Origin: Saprospiraceae bacterium
GTDB taxonomy: Bacteria; Bacteroidota; Bacteroidia; Chitinophagales; Saprospiraceae
Assembly (NCBI GenBank): GCA_018057925.1
Contig: JAGPCT010000005.1
Span: 777 to 64,776 of the forward strand
Direction of reading: 5' to 3'
DNA: 64,000 bases
In this document: positions 30,192 through 39,071 of the stretch, piece by piece
Layout: each line of letters begins with the position of its first letter
Numbering within the stretch: position 1 is the stretch's first letter
Program-made: the position numbers and the translations under genes
The notes under the pieces: model-generated
The model's database searches: none
Seen by the model: the letters and a program-made list of their open reading frames with translations, nothing else
Told to the model about the DNA's origin: nothing

Positions 30192-30557
30192 CTACTTCTT
30201 ATCCAAAATATTCATCAAATCGCCAAATTCTTTCAAATCGATGTCCTGTTCTCTTGCTATAAAAGAAACTAAACCCGAATAAGAACCATCGAAATACTCA
30301 TTTACCAAACGGTGAATTGATCGACTGGAGTATTCTTCCTTCGATATCAATGGAAAATATTCAAACGTGCGTCCAAACGACTTATGATCGACAAATCCTT
30401 TTTTCTCCAATATCCTTACTATCGTTGAAATAGACGAATGTGGCGGCTTGGGTTCCGGTAATTTCGCAATGATATCAGAAACCGAACACTGATTATTTTC
30501 CCAGAAATACTGCATTATTTCTTCTTCTGCTTTCGTAAGAACTTTCATACTATTCAT
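30192..30557 (-). CDS. BlaI/MecI/CopY family transcriptional repressor
   Basis: 121 aa winged helix (LTKAEEEIMQYFWEN...STIVRILEKKGFVDH). Lies immediately upstream of the M56 sensor gene. Confidence 0.9.
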   Translation of the reverse strand: MNSMKVLTKAEEEIMQYFWENNQCSVSDIIAKLPEPKPPHSSISTIVRILEKKGFVDHKSFGRTFEYFPLISKEEYSSRSIHRLVNEYFDGSYSGLVSFIAREQDIDLKEFGDLMNILDKK

Positions 30558-30579
30558 TTACTTAATTCAATCCATTAGA

Positions 30580-30596
30580 TTGTATATGTTTTACAA
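30580..30596. promoter_or_regulatory. palindrome TTGTA-N7-TACAA, candidate BlaI-type operator
   Basis: Lies 23 nt upstream of the blaI-like ATG. BlaI/MecI operators contain TACA/TGTA dyads, but the half-site order differs here. Confidence 0.25.
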
Positions 30597-30724
30597 GAAA
30601 AAAGTATTTCATACAATCAATTCATTGAAATTATCTACAATAAAACGATCGACTACTTTGCCAAATCTCTTACTACAACGTAATTTTACGATAAATAATT
30701 CTATGTTCAACTTAATATTTAGTT

Positions 30725-31249
30725 AAACCCGAATTCCTCTTAAAGGCAAAATATTGTCTTTAAGAAAAATTCGGGTTGAACAAGGATGAACATTCGGGGC
30801 ACATAATCCCGAAGGGATGATATTTTTATAGAAAACGTAGCATAATATTTTCAAAATCCCGAAGGGATGACATTATTACATACCAAGAAAAAATGTATCT
30901 ACTCAAAAAACTGGAACGAATAGATGGAATAATCATTTCACCCATTCTGGGTTCCTCTTTCTGCAATTGAATCTATTCTATAATAATGACAACCCTTCGG
31001 GTTTATTTTGATAAAAAATCGAGTTGGATTCAGCTCGTCCAAAAAAGTATGAAAAATTTTTACAAACAATTTAGCTGAATAATTACAATAATTGTAAGAG
31101 GCTAAATTACATCAAGCCAAATCGCAACAAGTTGATTATCTAATATTTGGAAATATATTGATTCGTGACTATTTGAATTTCAACACAACAAAAAGTTAGC
31201 AATATATTTCTTAAAGAAACTATTGTACCTTTAATATGAATTTGGGTTA
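30725..31249. mobile_element. MITE-like element, family A copy 1 (composite or nested, non-coding)
   Basis: The left end aaacccgaattcctcttaaaggcaaaatattgtctttaag carries the same 25-nt core as both ends of 46379-46565. About 145 nt at the right (31104-31248) align with 46421-46564. About 330 nt of extra sequence lie between them. No ORF. Confidence 0.5.
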
Positions 31250-31377
31250 AACTTGTGAAATACTCGTTAGCTTTACTTTTTGCACCTTCAGCATTTTTCT
31301 AAACTTATCAATTTGCATTATAAAGTTTGTCTTATAAAAAAACTGAATTAAATTAGCCTCCCATAACCGGATACAAC

Positions 31378-32505
31378 ATGTCTGTACAAATTCGACAAGT
31401 GACAACTAAGGGTGATTATAAATCATTTATATATTTACCTGAAAAAATACATCACGCCCATCCCAATTGGGTTCATCCTTTATATATTGACGAGGAAGCG
31501 TTTTTTAATCCGGATAAAAACCCGGCATTTCAAAAAAATCCAAATATTCTATTTTTAGCCTATAGAGATAATATCCTTGTGGGTCGAATAATGGGCATTA
31601 TTCCTACCGGATTCAATCAAAGTAACCAATCTAAGGACGCACGTTTCAGTTATTTTGAATGCTATGACGATCGCGAAGTATTTGAAGCTCTATTAAAAGC
31701 AGTGGAATCTTGGGCAATTAAGCAAGGTTCTGACCACCTTATAGGGCCGCTGGGCTTTTCAGACAAAGAGCCACAAGGTTTTGTCACAATGGGACACAAT
31801 GAAAAATCGATGCTCGTCACCAATTGTAACTTTAAATATATGGTTGACTTCATTGAAGAACAAAGATATGAGGCTTTTGTCAAGTTGTGCCAATACGATG
31901 TCCCCTTGACAGAAAAAATAATCCATCGCTATTTACCGTTTGCTGAAAGGGTCAAAAAAAACTTACAGGTTAAAGTACATGAATTTAACAAAAGCAGTGA
32001 AATAAAGCCTTATGTGCAAAAAGTATTCCAACTAATCAATAAGACTTACAATAAAATATATGGATTTTCTGAAACCACAGAGAAGGAAGCAGATGAGTTT
32101 GCAAGACGTTTCCTACCCTTGCTCAATCCTCGATTAATTAAGTTAATTACTGACGAAAACGATGATGTTGTAGCATTTATCATAGGTATGCCCGACTTGA
32201 GCAATGGTATCAGGAAAGCCAAAGGGAGGCTTTTACCGTTTGGATGGATGCACATTTGGAAGTCCTCACGTCGCTCAAAACGCTTGGTATTACTACTTGG
32301 TGCTGTAAAAAATGAATATCAAAACAAAGGATTAGATGCAGTACTGGCGGTAACGCTTATCGGATCAGCCTTAGACCTTGGATTTACTATGATGGACAGC
32401 CACCTCATCATGAAAGACAACATCAAAATGAGACGGGAGATTGAAAGATTAGAAAATTTCAGACAATATAAAGAATATTCGATTTTTAGGAAATCTTTAG
32501 GTTAA
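31378..32505 (+). CDS. hypothetical protein, possibly GNAT-like acyltransferase
   Basis: 375 aa. The C-terminal third (VVAFIIGMPD...YQNKGLDAVLAV) resembles an acetyl-CoA-binding GNAT core. The assignment is weak. Confidence 0.45.
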   Translation: MSVQIRQVTTKGDYKSFIYLPEKIHHAHPNWVHPLYIDEEAFFNPDKNPAFQKNPNILFLAYRDNILVGRIMGIIPTGFNQSNQSKDARFSYFECYDDREVFEALLKAVESWAIKQGSDHLIGPLGFSDKEPQGFVTMGHNEKSMLVTNCNFKYMVDFIEEQRYEAFVKLCQYDVPLTEKIIHRYLPFAERVKKNLQVKVHEFNKSSEIKPYVQKVFQLINKTYNKIYGFSETTEKEADEFARRFLPLLNPRLIKLITDENDDVVAFIIGMPDLSNGIRKAKGRLLPFGWMHIWKSSRRSKRLVLLLGAVKNEYQNKGLDAVLAVTLIGSALDLGFTMMDSHLIMKDNIKMRREIERLENFRQYKEYSIFRKSLG

Positions 32506-32649
32506 TCAGAAATAATATTCGTTCTAAAATAGATCAAATAGCTATATAAAAAAAGCATTGTCACAATAAAGGACATCCGGTCGCAACAACGGTTCAATCT
32601 TTTAAAGATATTCCACAATAAGAGTTTTTTTACCCTATTCAAATTTCAT

Positions 32650-32657
32650 TACTTTTG
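32650..32657 (+). promoter_or_regulatory. candidate -7 promoter box (TACTTTTG)
   Basis: TAnnTTTG match 47 nt upstream of the skp/ompH ATG. Confidence 0.3.
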
Positions 32658-32704
32658 CTCTTTCGTATTGATTAAAAGAAAGTATAAAAAACAAAATCAT
32701 TTTC

Positions 32705-33340
32705 ATGAAAAATTTATCATTAATCTTCAACATTGTTTTGGCAATAGCTGTAGCCTTCTTGTATTATTTGCATTTCAGTAAGCCAAAGCAAGTAACCACC
32801 ATCACTACTGCCAATGGCAAAGATTCCGTTGTTACCATTGAGAGCCCGGAAAAGGAAAGTGAAGTGGCAGAGGCAACAGGAAAGGTATTATATGTGGACA
32901 TAGACACTATAAATCAGAAATATACATATATCAAAAATCAGAAAGCAATCATTGAAAAGCAAGGTGCACAAGCAGAAGCAAGCTTAAAAACCAAGGCTCA
33001 AGCCCTTCAAGCTGATTATATAGAATATCAGAAAAAAGCTCAGGCAGGAGAACTGACCCAACAACAGGCGATGGCTTTAGAAAAGGGATTAACAGACAAA
33101 CAACAGGCCCTTGCACAACAAGAACAGCAACTTTCTGAACAGCTTGTTCAAAAAACTCAAAAGATTCAGGAAGAACTAAACCGAAGAATGCGCAAGGAGC
33201 TTCAAGTCTATATGGATAAATATGGTGCTGATTATATTCTCGGATATACTGAAGGGGCCAATATCTTACTAACCAATCCTAAACTTAATATAACCAAAGA
33301 GGTTTTAAATAGACTCAACGAGGCAAATAAAAAGAAATAA
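32705..33340 (+). CDS. OmpH/Skp family periplasmic chaperone
   Basis: Signal/anchor segment followed by a Gln/Ala/Lys/Glu-rich coiled coil. 211 aa. Confidence 0.75.
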   Translation: MKNLSLIFNIVLAIAVAFLYYLHFSKPKQVTTITTANGKDSVVTIESPEKESEVAEATGKVLYVDIDTINQKYTYIKNQKAIIEKQGAQAEASLKTKAQALQADYIEYQKKAQAGELTQQQAMALEKGLTDKQQALAQQEQQLSEQLVQKTQKIQEELNRRMRKELQVYMDKYGADYILGYTEGANILLTNPKLNITKEVLNRLNEANKKK

Positions 33341-33343
33341 TCA

Positions 33344-35368
33344 ATGCCTTTTCAATTAGAATCAAAATATAAACCTACCGGTGACCAACCACAAGCGATT
33401 AGGCAACTTGTAAAAGGAATTGAAAATGGGGAGCACGCTCAAGTTCTATTGGGAGTGACGGGTTCGGGTAAGACTTACACAATGGCCAATATTATAAAGG
33501 AAATTAATAGGCCTACTCTTATCTTAACTCATAATAAAACATTGACGGCTCAACTTTATGGCGAATTTAAAGAGTTCTTTCCGGACAATGCCGTGGAATA
33601 TTTTGTTTCTTATTACGATTATTACCAGCCTGAAGCCTATATTTCAGCCTCTGATACATTTATAGAAAAGGATTTGTTGATCAATGAAGAAGTAGATAAA
33701 TTGAGGCTCAGGGCAACCTCCAGTTTGCTTTCAGGACGTAATGACGTAATTATCGTAGCTTCTGTTTCTTGTATCTATGGTATGGGTAATCCGGATGACT
33801 ACAAAAACAGTATAATCCGAATTCAAAAAGGAGATATAATATCGAGAAATACTTTTTTATATAAATTAGTTGATAGTTTATATTCCCGTACAGAGGAGAT
33901 ACCGGGGCGGGGACAATTTAGAGTCAAGGGTGACATCGTTGACATAGCATTGCCATACGTCGATTATGGATTTAGGATAACTTTCTTTGGAGATGAGATC
34001 GAAGAAATTGAAATGTTAGAATTAGAAAGCGGTAAACCCATCCAAAGGATAGATTCTGCGGCGATCTACCCTGCCAATCTATATGTGGCGCCCAAAGACA
34101 AACTCAATGAAATCATACTGCAAATAGAGCATGAATTAAAAGAGCACGAATCTTATTTAGAATCGGAAGGTAAGTATATCGAAGCGAAGCGCATCCATGA
34201 AAGGACTAATTTCGATTTGGAAATGATAAGAGAGTTGGGGTATTGCAGTGGAATTGAGAATTATTCACGATTTTTTGACGGTAGAGATCCGGGGACTCGG
34301 CCATTCTGTTTGTTAAATTATTTTCCTTCAGACTATCTGATGTTTATTGATGAAAGCCATGCCACGATACCACAACTCAGAGGTATGTGGGGTGGTGATC
34401 GAAGCCGTAAGGTCAATCTGGTAAACTACGGATTCAGACTACCGAGTGCCATGGACAATAGGCCTTTGAATTTTGAAGAATTTGAATCCATGGTTAATCA
34501 GGTCATTTATGTTTCGGCAACTCCCGGTGATTATGAGTTAGAGCAGACTGAAGGCTCATTGGTAGAACAGGTAATCAGACCAACCGGATTGGTGGATCCT
34601 CCAATAGAAGTGAGACCTTCAATCAACCAGATTGATGATTTATTGGAAGAAATAGCTCAAAGGATTGAAAAAGAAGAAAGAGTCCTTGTCACGACGTTGA
34701 CAAAACGGATGGCAGAAGAATTGGCAAACTACCTACAACGGCTTCAGATAAAGACCAAATATATTCACTCTGAAGTGGACACCTTAGAAAGGGTTGAAAT
34801 ACTAAGGGATTTACGTATAGGAGAATTTGATGTACTGGTAGGCGTGAATTTACTAAGAGAAGGGCTTGACCTGCCTGAGGTGTCATTGGTAGCCATCATC
34901 GATGCAGACAAGGAAGGATTCTTACGCAATGCTCGTTCACTCACACAGACAGCCGGAAGAGCAGCCCGAAATATCAACGGAAAAGTTATCTTCTATGCTG
35001 ACAAAATAACAGACAGCATGCAACGTACCATTGATGAAACCAATAGACGCCGATCAATCCAATTAGAATATAATCGAGAAAACAACATCACCCCTATTAA
35101 TCTTGCGAAAACAAAAGAAGAAATCTTAGCCCGGCAATCTATCTTAGACATTAGAGGCAGAAAACAAAGCTCCACATATATCGAGTCCGAAGCGCCAAGT
35201 ATTGCAGCTGACCCGATTATTTCTATGATGAGTACAGATCAAATCCTCGCACTTATAACTGAAACTGAAAATAAAATGAAAAAAGCTGCCAAAGAATTAG
35301 ATTTCATTACCGCAGCACAATATAGGGATGAGGTCTTTGCTTTAAAAAAGAAACTAAAAGGAGTGTAA
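33344..35368 (+). CDS. uvrB: excinuclease ABC subunit B
   Basis: 674 aa. Walker A GVTGSGKT, DESH box (FIDESHATIPQL) and C-terminal UVR motif (ITAAQYRDEVFALKKK). Confidence 0.97.
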   Translation: MPFQLESKYKPTGDQPQAIRQLVKGIENGEHAQVLLGVTGSGKTYTMANIIKEINRPTLILTHNKTLTAQLYGEFKEFFPDNAVEYFVSYYDYYQPEAYISASDTFIEKDLLINEEVDKLRLRATSSLLSGRNDVIIVASVSCIYGMGNPDDYKNSIIRIQKGDIISRNTFLYKLVDSLYSRTEEIPGRGQFRVKGDIVDIALPYVDYGFRITFFGDEIEEIEMLELESGKPIQRIDSAAIYPANLYVAPKDKLNEIILQIEHELKEHESYLESEGKYIEAKRIHERTNFDLEMIRELGYCSGIENYSRFFDGRDPGTRPFCLLNYFPSDYLMFIDESHATIPQLRGMWGGDRSRKVNLVNYGFRLPSAMDNRPLNFEEFESMVNQVIYVSATPGDYELEQTEGSLVEQVIRPTGLVDPPIEVRPSINQIDDLLEEIAQRIEKEERVLVTTLTKRMAEELANYLQRLQIKTKYIHSEVDTLERVEILRDLRIGEFDVLVGVNLLREGLDLPEVSLVAIIDADKEGFLRNARSLTQTAGRAARNINGKVIFYADKITDSMQRTIDETNRRRSIQLEYNRENNITPINLAKTKEEILARQSILDIRGRKQSSTYIESEAPSIAADPIISMMSTDQILALITETENKMKKAAKELDFITAAQYRDEVFALKKKLKGV

Positions 35369-36996
35369 TGAGCAAAAGTGTAAAATACATGTTTCTGCCC
35401 TTATGGATTGTGGGCTTTTCTCTTTTCATCTTGGTTACATCGGAAGCCCGCCCCCCTATCAAAAACAAAAATGATCAAAAAAATGTGCTTATTTTTCAGA
35501 TTAGGGGTTTGACATACGAGATGTTAGAGCGTGCTTATACGCCTAATATCAAATACTTAATTAAAAATGGGTTCTTGGGCTCAATGAAGTATAGGAATCC
35601 GGAAGACCAAAATCCATCTGGACGTCGGGGCTATATCAAGAGTAAAATTGGCGATATCGCACAATGTTTAGATTCAATTCATTCAGGACTTTACACATTA
35701 AATAGTGTGGGTTCCTTCAATGATACAATCATAGGACCTTTCAATAGATTGAATAAAAATTATCGATCCAATGAATCCATGGTCAAAGATTTTATCAACA
35801 ACAAAAACGGAACCAATGTCCGGCTTGCCTTTTTATCATTCCGTAATTTTTCAACTAGCTCTAATTATCTTGACCGAGAACAGATCAATGAATTAAGTAC
35901 CATAGATAGCTTGATTGGCGTTGTCTTTAAAAGTTACCAGGAAAAAGTCAAATGGGAAAACACAACGGTATTTATCCTAAGTAACGGTATCGCATGCCAC
36001 AAATATCAAGAAACTGAATTATACAAAAATACTCCAATTGTATTTTATGGTAGTAACATTCCAATCATCGAGAATGTCGAGAATATGGTCACAGCTGAGG
36101 ATGCTTTGAGTCTTATTGCAAAGACACTTGGAACCAATTGTGCTAATACGCCGAAGAATGATGATACCCATTTCATCCAAGAATTTATAAAAAATGATAG
36201 TACAAACAATTTCTTCGCTTTGTTTGTCCCTCGACCTGACATTATCTCTTATTCCATTCCCGGGAAAAACATGCTGGAAGTAGAACTTCAGTCGGATAAT
36301 GAAAGTTCTAAACTCTATTACACCACGGATAGTCATGACCCCCGGATTAATGGTATAGAATATCGAAATCCTTTCTATCTCAAAGAATCTGGTGTTTATT
36401 TAATCAAAGCCGCTTCAAATCAAAATGGAGTATGGTCTCCCGTTACCCAACAGTCTGCTACACTTCGGCATAATATTGGATCTATCCTTATATCGCCACC
36501 GCCTGATCCAAAATATACTTTTAATGGCGTAGATGAGCTAATAGATGGTGACACAGCCGAGCTATATTTTGCAGTTGACAAGTGGTTGGGCTTTCAAGGA
36601 AAAGATGTTGATTTTTTCTTTGATTTTGGCAATAAAAGAGAGATTTCTACAATTGATGTATCGACGCTACAAGACAACGTGTCCTGGATTTTCCTACCTC
36701 GTAAGATTACTTTTTTTATTGGAAATGATCGTAATCAAATGATAGAAATAGGCGCCATTAGCCATAAGAATGTAGAACAGAATCCAAAAAATCTGAAAAA
36801 ACATTATACCTTAGATATATCTACAGATCTTTTGAATTCGCTCGGCAATAATTTGATAAAAAAACGAAAAAGGAAGAAATCCCTTTATGTCAAATACCTT
36901 TTAATCCATGTCGAAGCCCAAAAAACTGCACCTGACTGGTTTTCTCTGCCGGGAGCTCAAGTGTGGTTTTTCACAGATGAAATAAAAATTGAATAA
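35368..36996 (+). CDS. secreted multidomain protein: degenerate phosphodiesterase/alkaline-phosphatase-like N-domain plus carbohydrate-binding-like C-terminal domains
   Basis: Signal peptide. N-terminal VLIFQIRGLTYEML...TPNIKYLIKNG resembles the NPP-family motif. C-terminal segments (YYTTDSHDP...; LIDGDTAE...WLGFQGKD) resemble chitobiase-C and discoidin-type modules. The start overlaps the uvrB stop by 1 nt. Confidence 0.5.
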   Translation: MSKSVKYMFLPLWIVGFSLFILVTSEARPPIKNKNDQKNVLIFQIRGLTYEMLERAYTPNIKYLIKNGFLGSMKYRNPEDQNPSGRRGYIKSKIGDIAQCLDSIHSGLYTLNSVGSFNDTIIGPFNRLNKNYRSNESMVKDFINNKNGTNVRLAFLSFRNFSTSSNYLDREQINELSTIDSLIGVVFKSYQEKVKWENTTVFILSNGIACHKYQETELYKNTPIVFYGSNIPIIENVENMVTAEDALSLIAKTLGTNCANTPKNDDTHFIQEFIKNDSTNNFFALFVPRPDIISYSIPGKNMLEVELQSDNESSKLYYTTDSHDPRINGIEYRNPFYLKESGVYLIKAASNQNGVWSPVTQQSATLRHNIGSILISPPPDPKYTFNGVDELIDGDTAELYFAVDKWLGFQGKDVDFFFDFGNKREISTIDVSTLQDNVSWIFLPRKITFFIGNDRNQMIEIGAISHKNVEQNPKNLKKHYTLDISTDLLNSLGNNLIKKRKRKKSLYVKYLLIHVEAQKTAPDWFSLPGAQVWFFTDEIKIE

Positions 36997-37036
36997 ATCT
37001 GCAAAATAAAAGCCTCATCAAACCGTTGGTTAATAT

Positions 37037-38323
37037 ATGTATAAAACAGGGCTAAGCCAATATTTTTTCAATCAATTCGGCAGTTGGCGAGCTTTGTCTT
37101 TATGGGGCATCAATACAGGCGTGTACTTGACTATCTCCGGTCTCTTTGCGAGTCGCTTTCTGATTGCTTGCGGTATAATCGTCATGGGCTGTGCTTCACT
37201 CATTTTTGCTTTTACGCTCAGTAAGGACGATGTAAAACAAAGGCTTTTGTACACACTCCCTATTTCTATCGCAGTTCTATTATTTTTCGGCAGTGTAGCA
37301 ACTTCTTTTATTGGAAGCTCTGAATGGGGATTTGCCATAGTACGTCTAAGGCTTTATGCCGCATTATTGCTCATGCCTTTGATAATAGGCTTTGCTCCGT
37401 CCCTTACACATCTGCATTTCAAACGGTACTTTCTTTATGCTTTGGCGTGTGCAATTATCACGGGGCTTTCAGTCTTGGCAAATTATTTCATACACCAAGA
37501 TGAAATCATTCGGAATTTAAGTCAGGGGAAACCCATTCCGATGCCCATTCCACACATCCGCTATGGCATGTTTGTCAGCTTTGTATTCTTAGGAGGTTTG
37601 TTGGCCATTATCAAAAACTGGTATCCCAAAAGATGGGCAATTGGAGTCGGCATTTCTACAGTGTTTTTGGGATGGTTTATACTCTTTTTAGCCGTCAGGA
37701 CTGCATGGTTGATTACATTATTGGGCTTGATTCCCATTTCATTTTATTATCTATACCAATATAAAAAGCTGCTCTGGGCTATTCCATTATTTCTCTTTTT
37801 AGGTGTGACCATTTACATAAGCTATCATTTGATTCCATCCATACGCATCAAGTCAGGTTATAGTTTGTATGACTGGAAGTCGTTGTTAAGGGATCAAGGT
37901 GAAGACTATTCAGACAGCGAACGGATCTATTCACTCCAAAATGGATGGGCGCTTTGGAAGTCCAACAAATGGTTGGGTGTCGGCTCCGGAGATTTGCACA
38001 AGGAAATAGAAAAAAATGGTGTAAAATATCATTTGCCGGGCAATCAAATACCGCATAATCAATTCCTGATGACGATGGTGTGTGGTGGCTTGTTATCCCT
38101 ATTTCAATTTTTGGCGGCCTTATTTATTATATGGGCGCCGGCCATGCATAGAAAGAAGTTCTTGATTAATTTGATGCTCTTTTTATATGTGGCAACCTTC
38201 CTATTTGAACCGACTTTTGAAACATCCATTGGGTTGATTTCATTTGTATTTATTTTTACGATGATTTTATTACCCGTTTATCAAGGAAGGAGATCTAGTA
38301 CAGGGAGGAAAAGGTTATCCTAA
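37037..38323 (+). CDS. O-antigen ligase (Wzy_C) family polytopic membrane protein
   Basis: About 11 predicted transmembrane helices with a periplasmic loop containing WLGVGSGD...IPHNQFLM. Confidence 0.75.
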   Translation: MYKTGLSQYFFNQFGSWRALSLWGINTGVYLTISGLFASRFLIACGIIVMGCASLIFAFTLSKDDVKQRLLYTLPISIAVLLFFGSVATSFIGSSEWGFAIVRLRLYAALLLMPLIIGFAPSLTHLHFKRYFLYALACAIITGLSVLANYFIHQDEIIRNLSQGKPIPMPIPHIRYGMFVSFVFLGGLLAIIKNWYPKRWAIGVGISTVFLGWFILFLAVRTAWLITLLGLIPISFYYLYQYKKLLWAIPLFLFLGVTIYISYHLIPSIRIKSGYSLYDWKSLLRDQGEDYSDSERIYSLQNGWALWKSNKWLGVGSGDLHKEIEKNGVKYHLPGNQIPHNQFLMTMVCGGLLSLFQFLAALFIIWAPAMHRKKFLINLMLFLYVATFLFEPTFETSIGLISFVFIFTMILLPVYQGRRSSTGRKRLS

Positions 38324-38325
38324 AT

Positions 38326-38382
38326 TTAACCCTCATAATCAGCACTCTACGGTTTTTAAAAACCTTTACTGCTGAAATCGGG
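38326..38382 (+). repeat. family B repeat, copy 3 (3' module only)
   Basis: ttaaccctcataatcagcactctacggtttttaaaaacctttactgctgaaatcggg is nearly identical to 62111-62167. Confidence 0.65.
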
Positions 38383-38388
38383 ATAAAA

Positions 38389-38413
38389 AAAAAGGGACAT
38401 CTGCCCCCTTTTT
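38389..38413. terminator. bidirectional intrinsic terminator between convergent genes
   Basis: aaaaaggg (38389-38396) pairs with cccttttt (38406-38413). The loop is 9 nt. A- and T-runs are present on both sides. Confidence 0.5.
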
Positions 38414-38429
38414 TACTTTATTGCACATT

Positions 38430-39053
38430 TTATTTTAAAACACCATCGGCGATATCTATTGTGTCTTTGCCATTAAACGGATAACTCAACACCCATCTTT
38501 TTCCGGAATTGACCTTTTGACGAAACTTATTGAAATCAAATTTAGGAAACGACTTATATATAACACCATTGTCCACATAGAAAGAGTCCCGACCCAAATA
38601 ACCATCTACATAAGGAGCTCTCATAAACGGGGAAACGTATATATGCTGTATGCCATTATTGGTGTGAATCACCCCATAAAGATTGCCTATTTTAGTTACA
38701 TCTTCCGTATTGGTATAAAACAAGAAGTCGTCTTCTCCATCGCCATTGATATCGTGAAGAAATACTTTTGTAACTCTTCCTGCTGCTTTTCTGTCTGTAT
38801 TTTCAAGCAATTTACCATCTTTTCTTACTTTAATCTGAGCTGCTCCGTCAATAGAGCCTCCTCTGAAGGTCAATTCAAATTGAATGCCTTTATTATTGAC
38901 AACTGTATCTGTGGTGGCAATTTGTCTCGCAGTGCTGTCGTAAGGAACATACTTTTCTGCTTCATCGATACCGGCTTTGCCCTTTGTTGTATCACTTTTG
39001 CAACTTACAAGGCCAATACCTAAAACAAGGATACATAAACTTAAATATTTCAT
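38430..39053 (-). CDS. lipoprotein with FG-GAP/calcium-binding-like motif
   Basis: Lipobox LVSC after the signal peptide. Contains DINGDGEDDF. Confidence 0.65.
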   Translation of the reverse strand: MKYLSLCILVLGIGLVSCKSDTTKGKAGIDEAEKYVPYDSTARQIATTDTVVNNKGIQFELTFRGGSIDGAAQIKVRKDGKLLENTDRKAAGRVTKVFLHDINGDGEDDFLFYTNTEDVTKIGNLYGVIHTNNGIQHIYVSPFMRAPYVDGYLGRDSFYVDNGVIYKSFPKFDFNKFRQKVNSGKRWVLSYPFNGKDTIDIADGVLK

Positions 39054-39071
39054 AAGAATTTAATATATAGA

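Noticed and set aside
31121-31200. GTTG...CAAC-bounded conserved core of the family A element, which superficially resembles a CRISPR direct repeat or guide-RNA scaffold.
   Set aside because: There is no tandem repeat-spacer array. Only two dispersed copies exist in the window, and no cas or TnpB-like gene is nearby. I treat it as the interior of a MITE-like element.
38517-39023. 168-aa plus-strand ORF.
   Set aside because: It is antisense to a lipoprotein gene that has a proper signal peptide and lipobox. The plus-strand product is Cys/Ile/Phe-rich and has no recognisable features.
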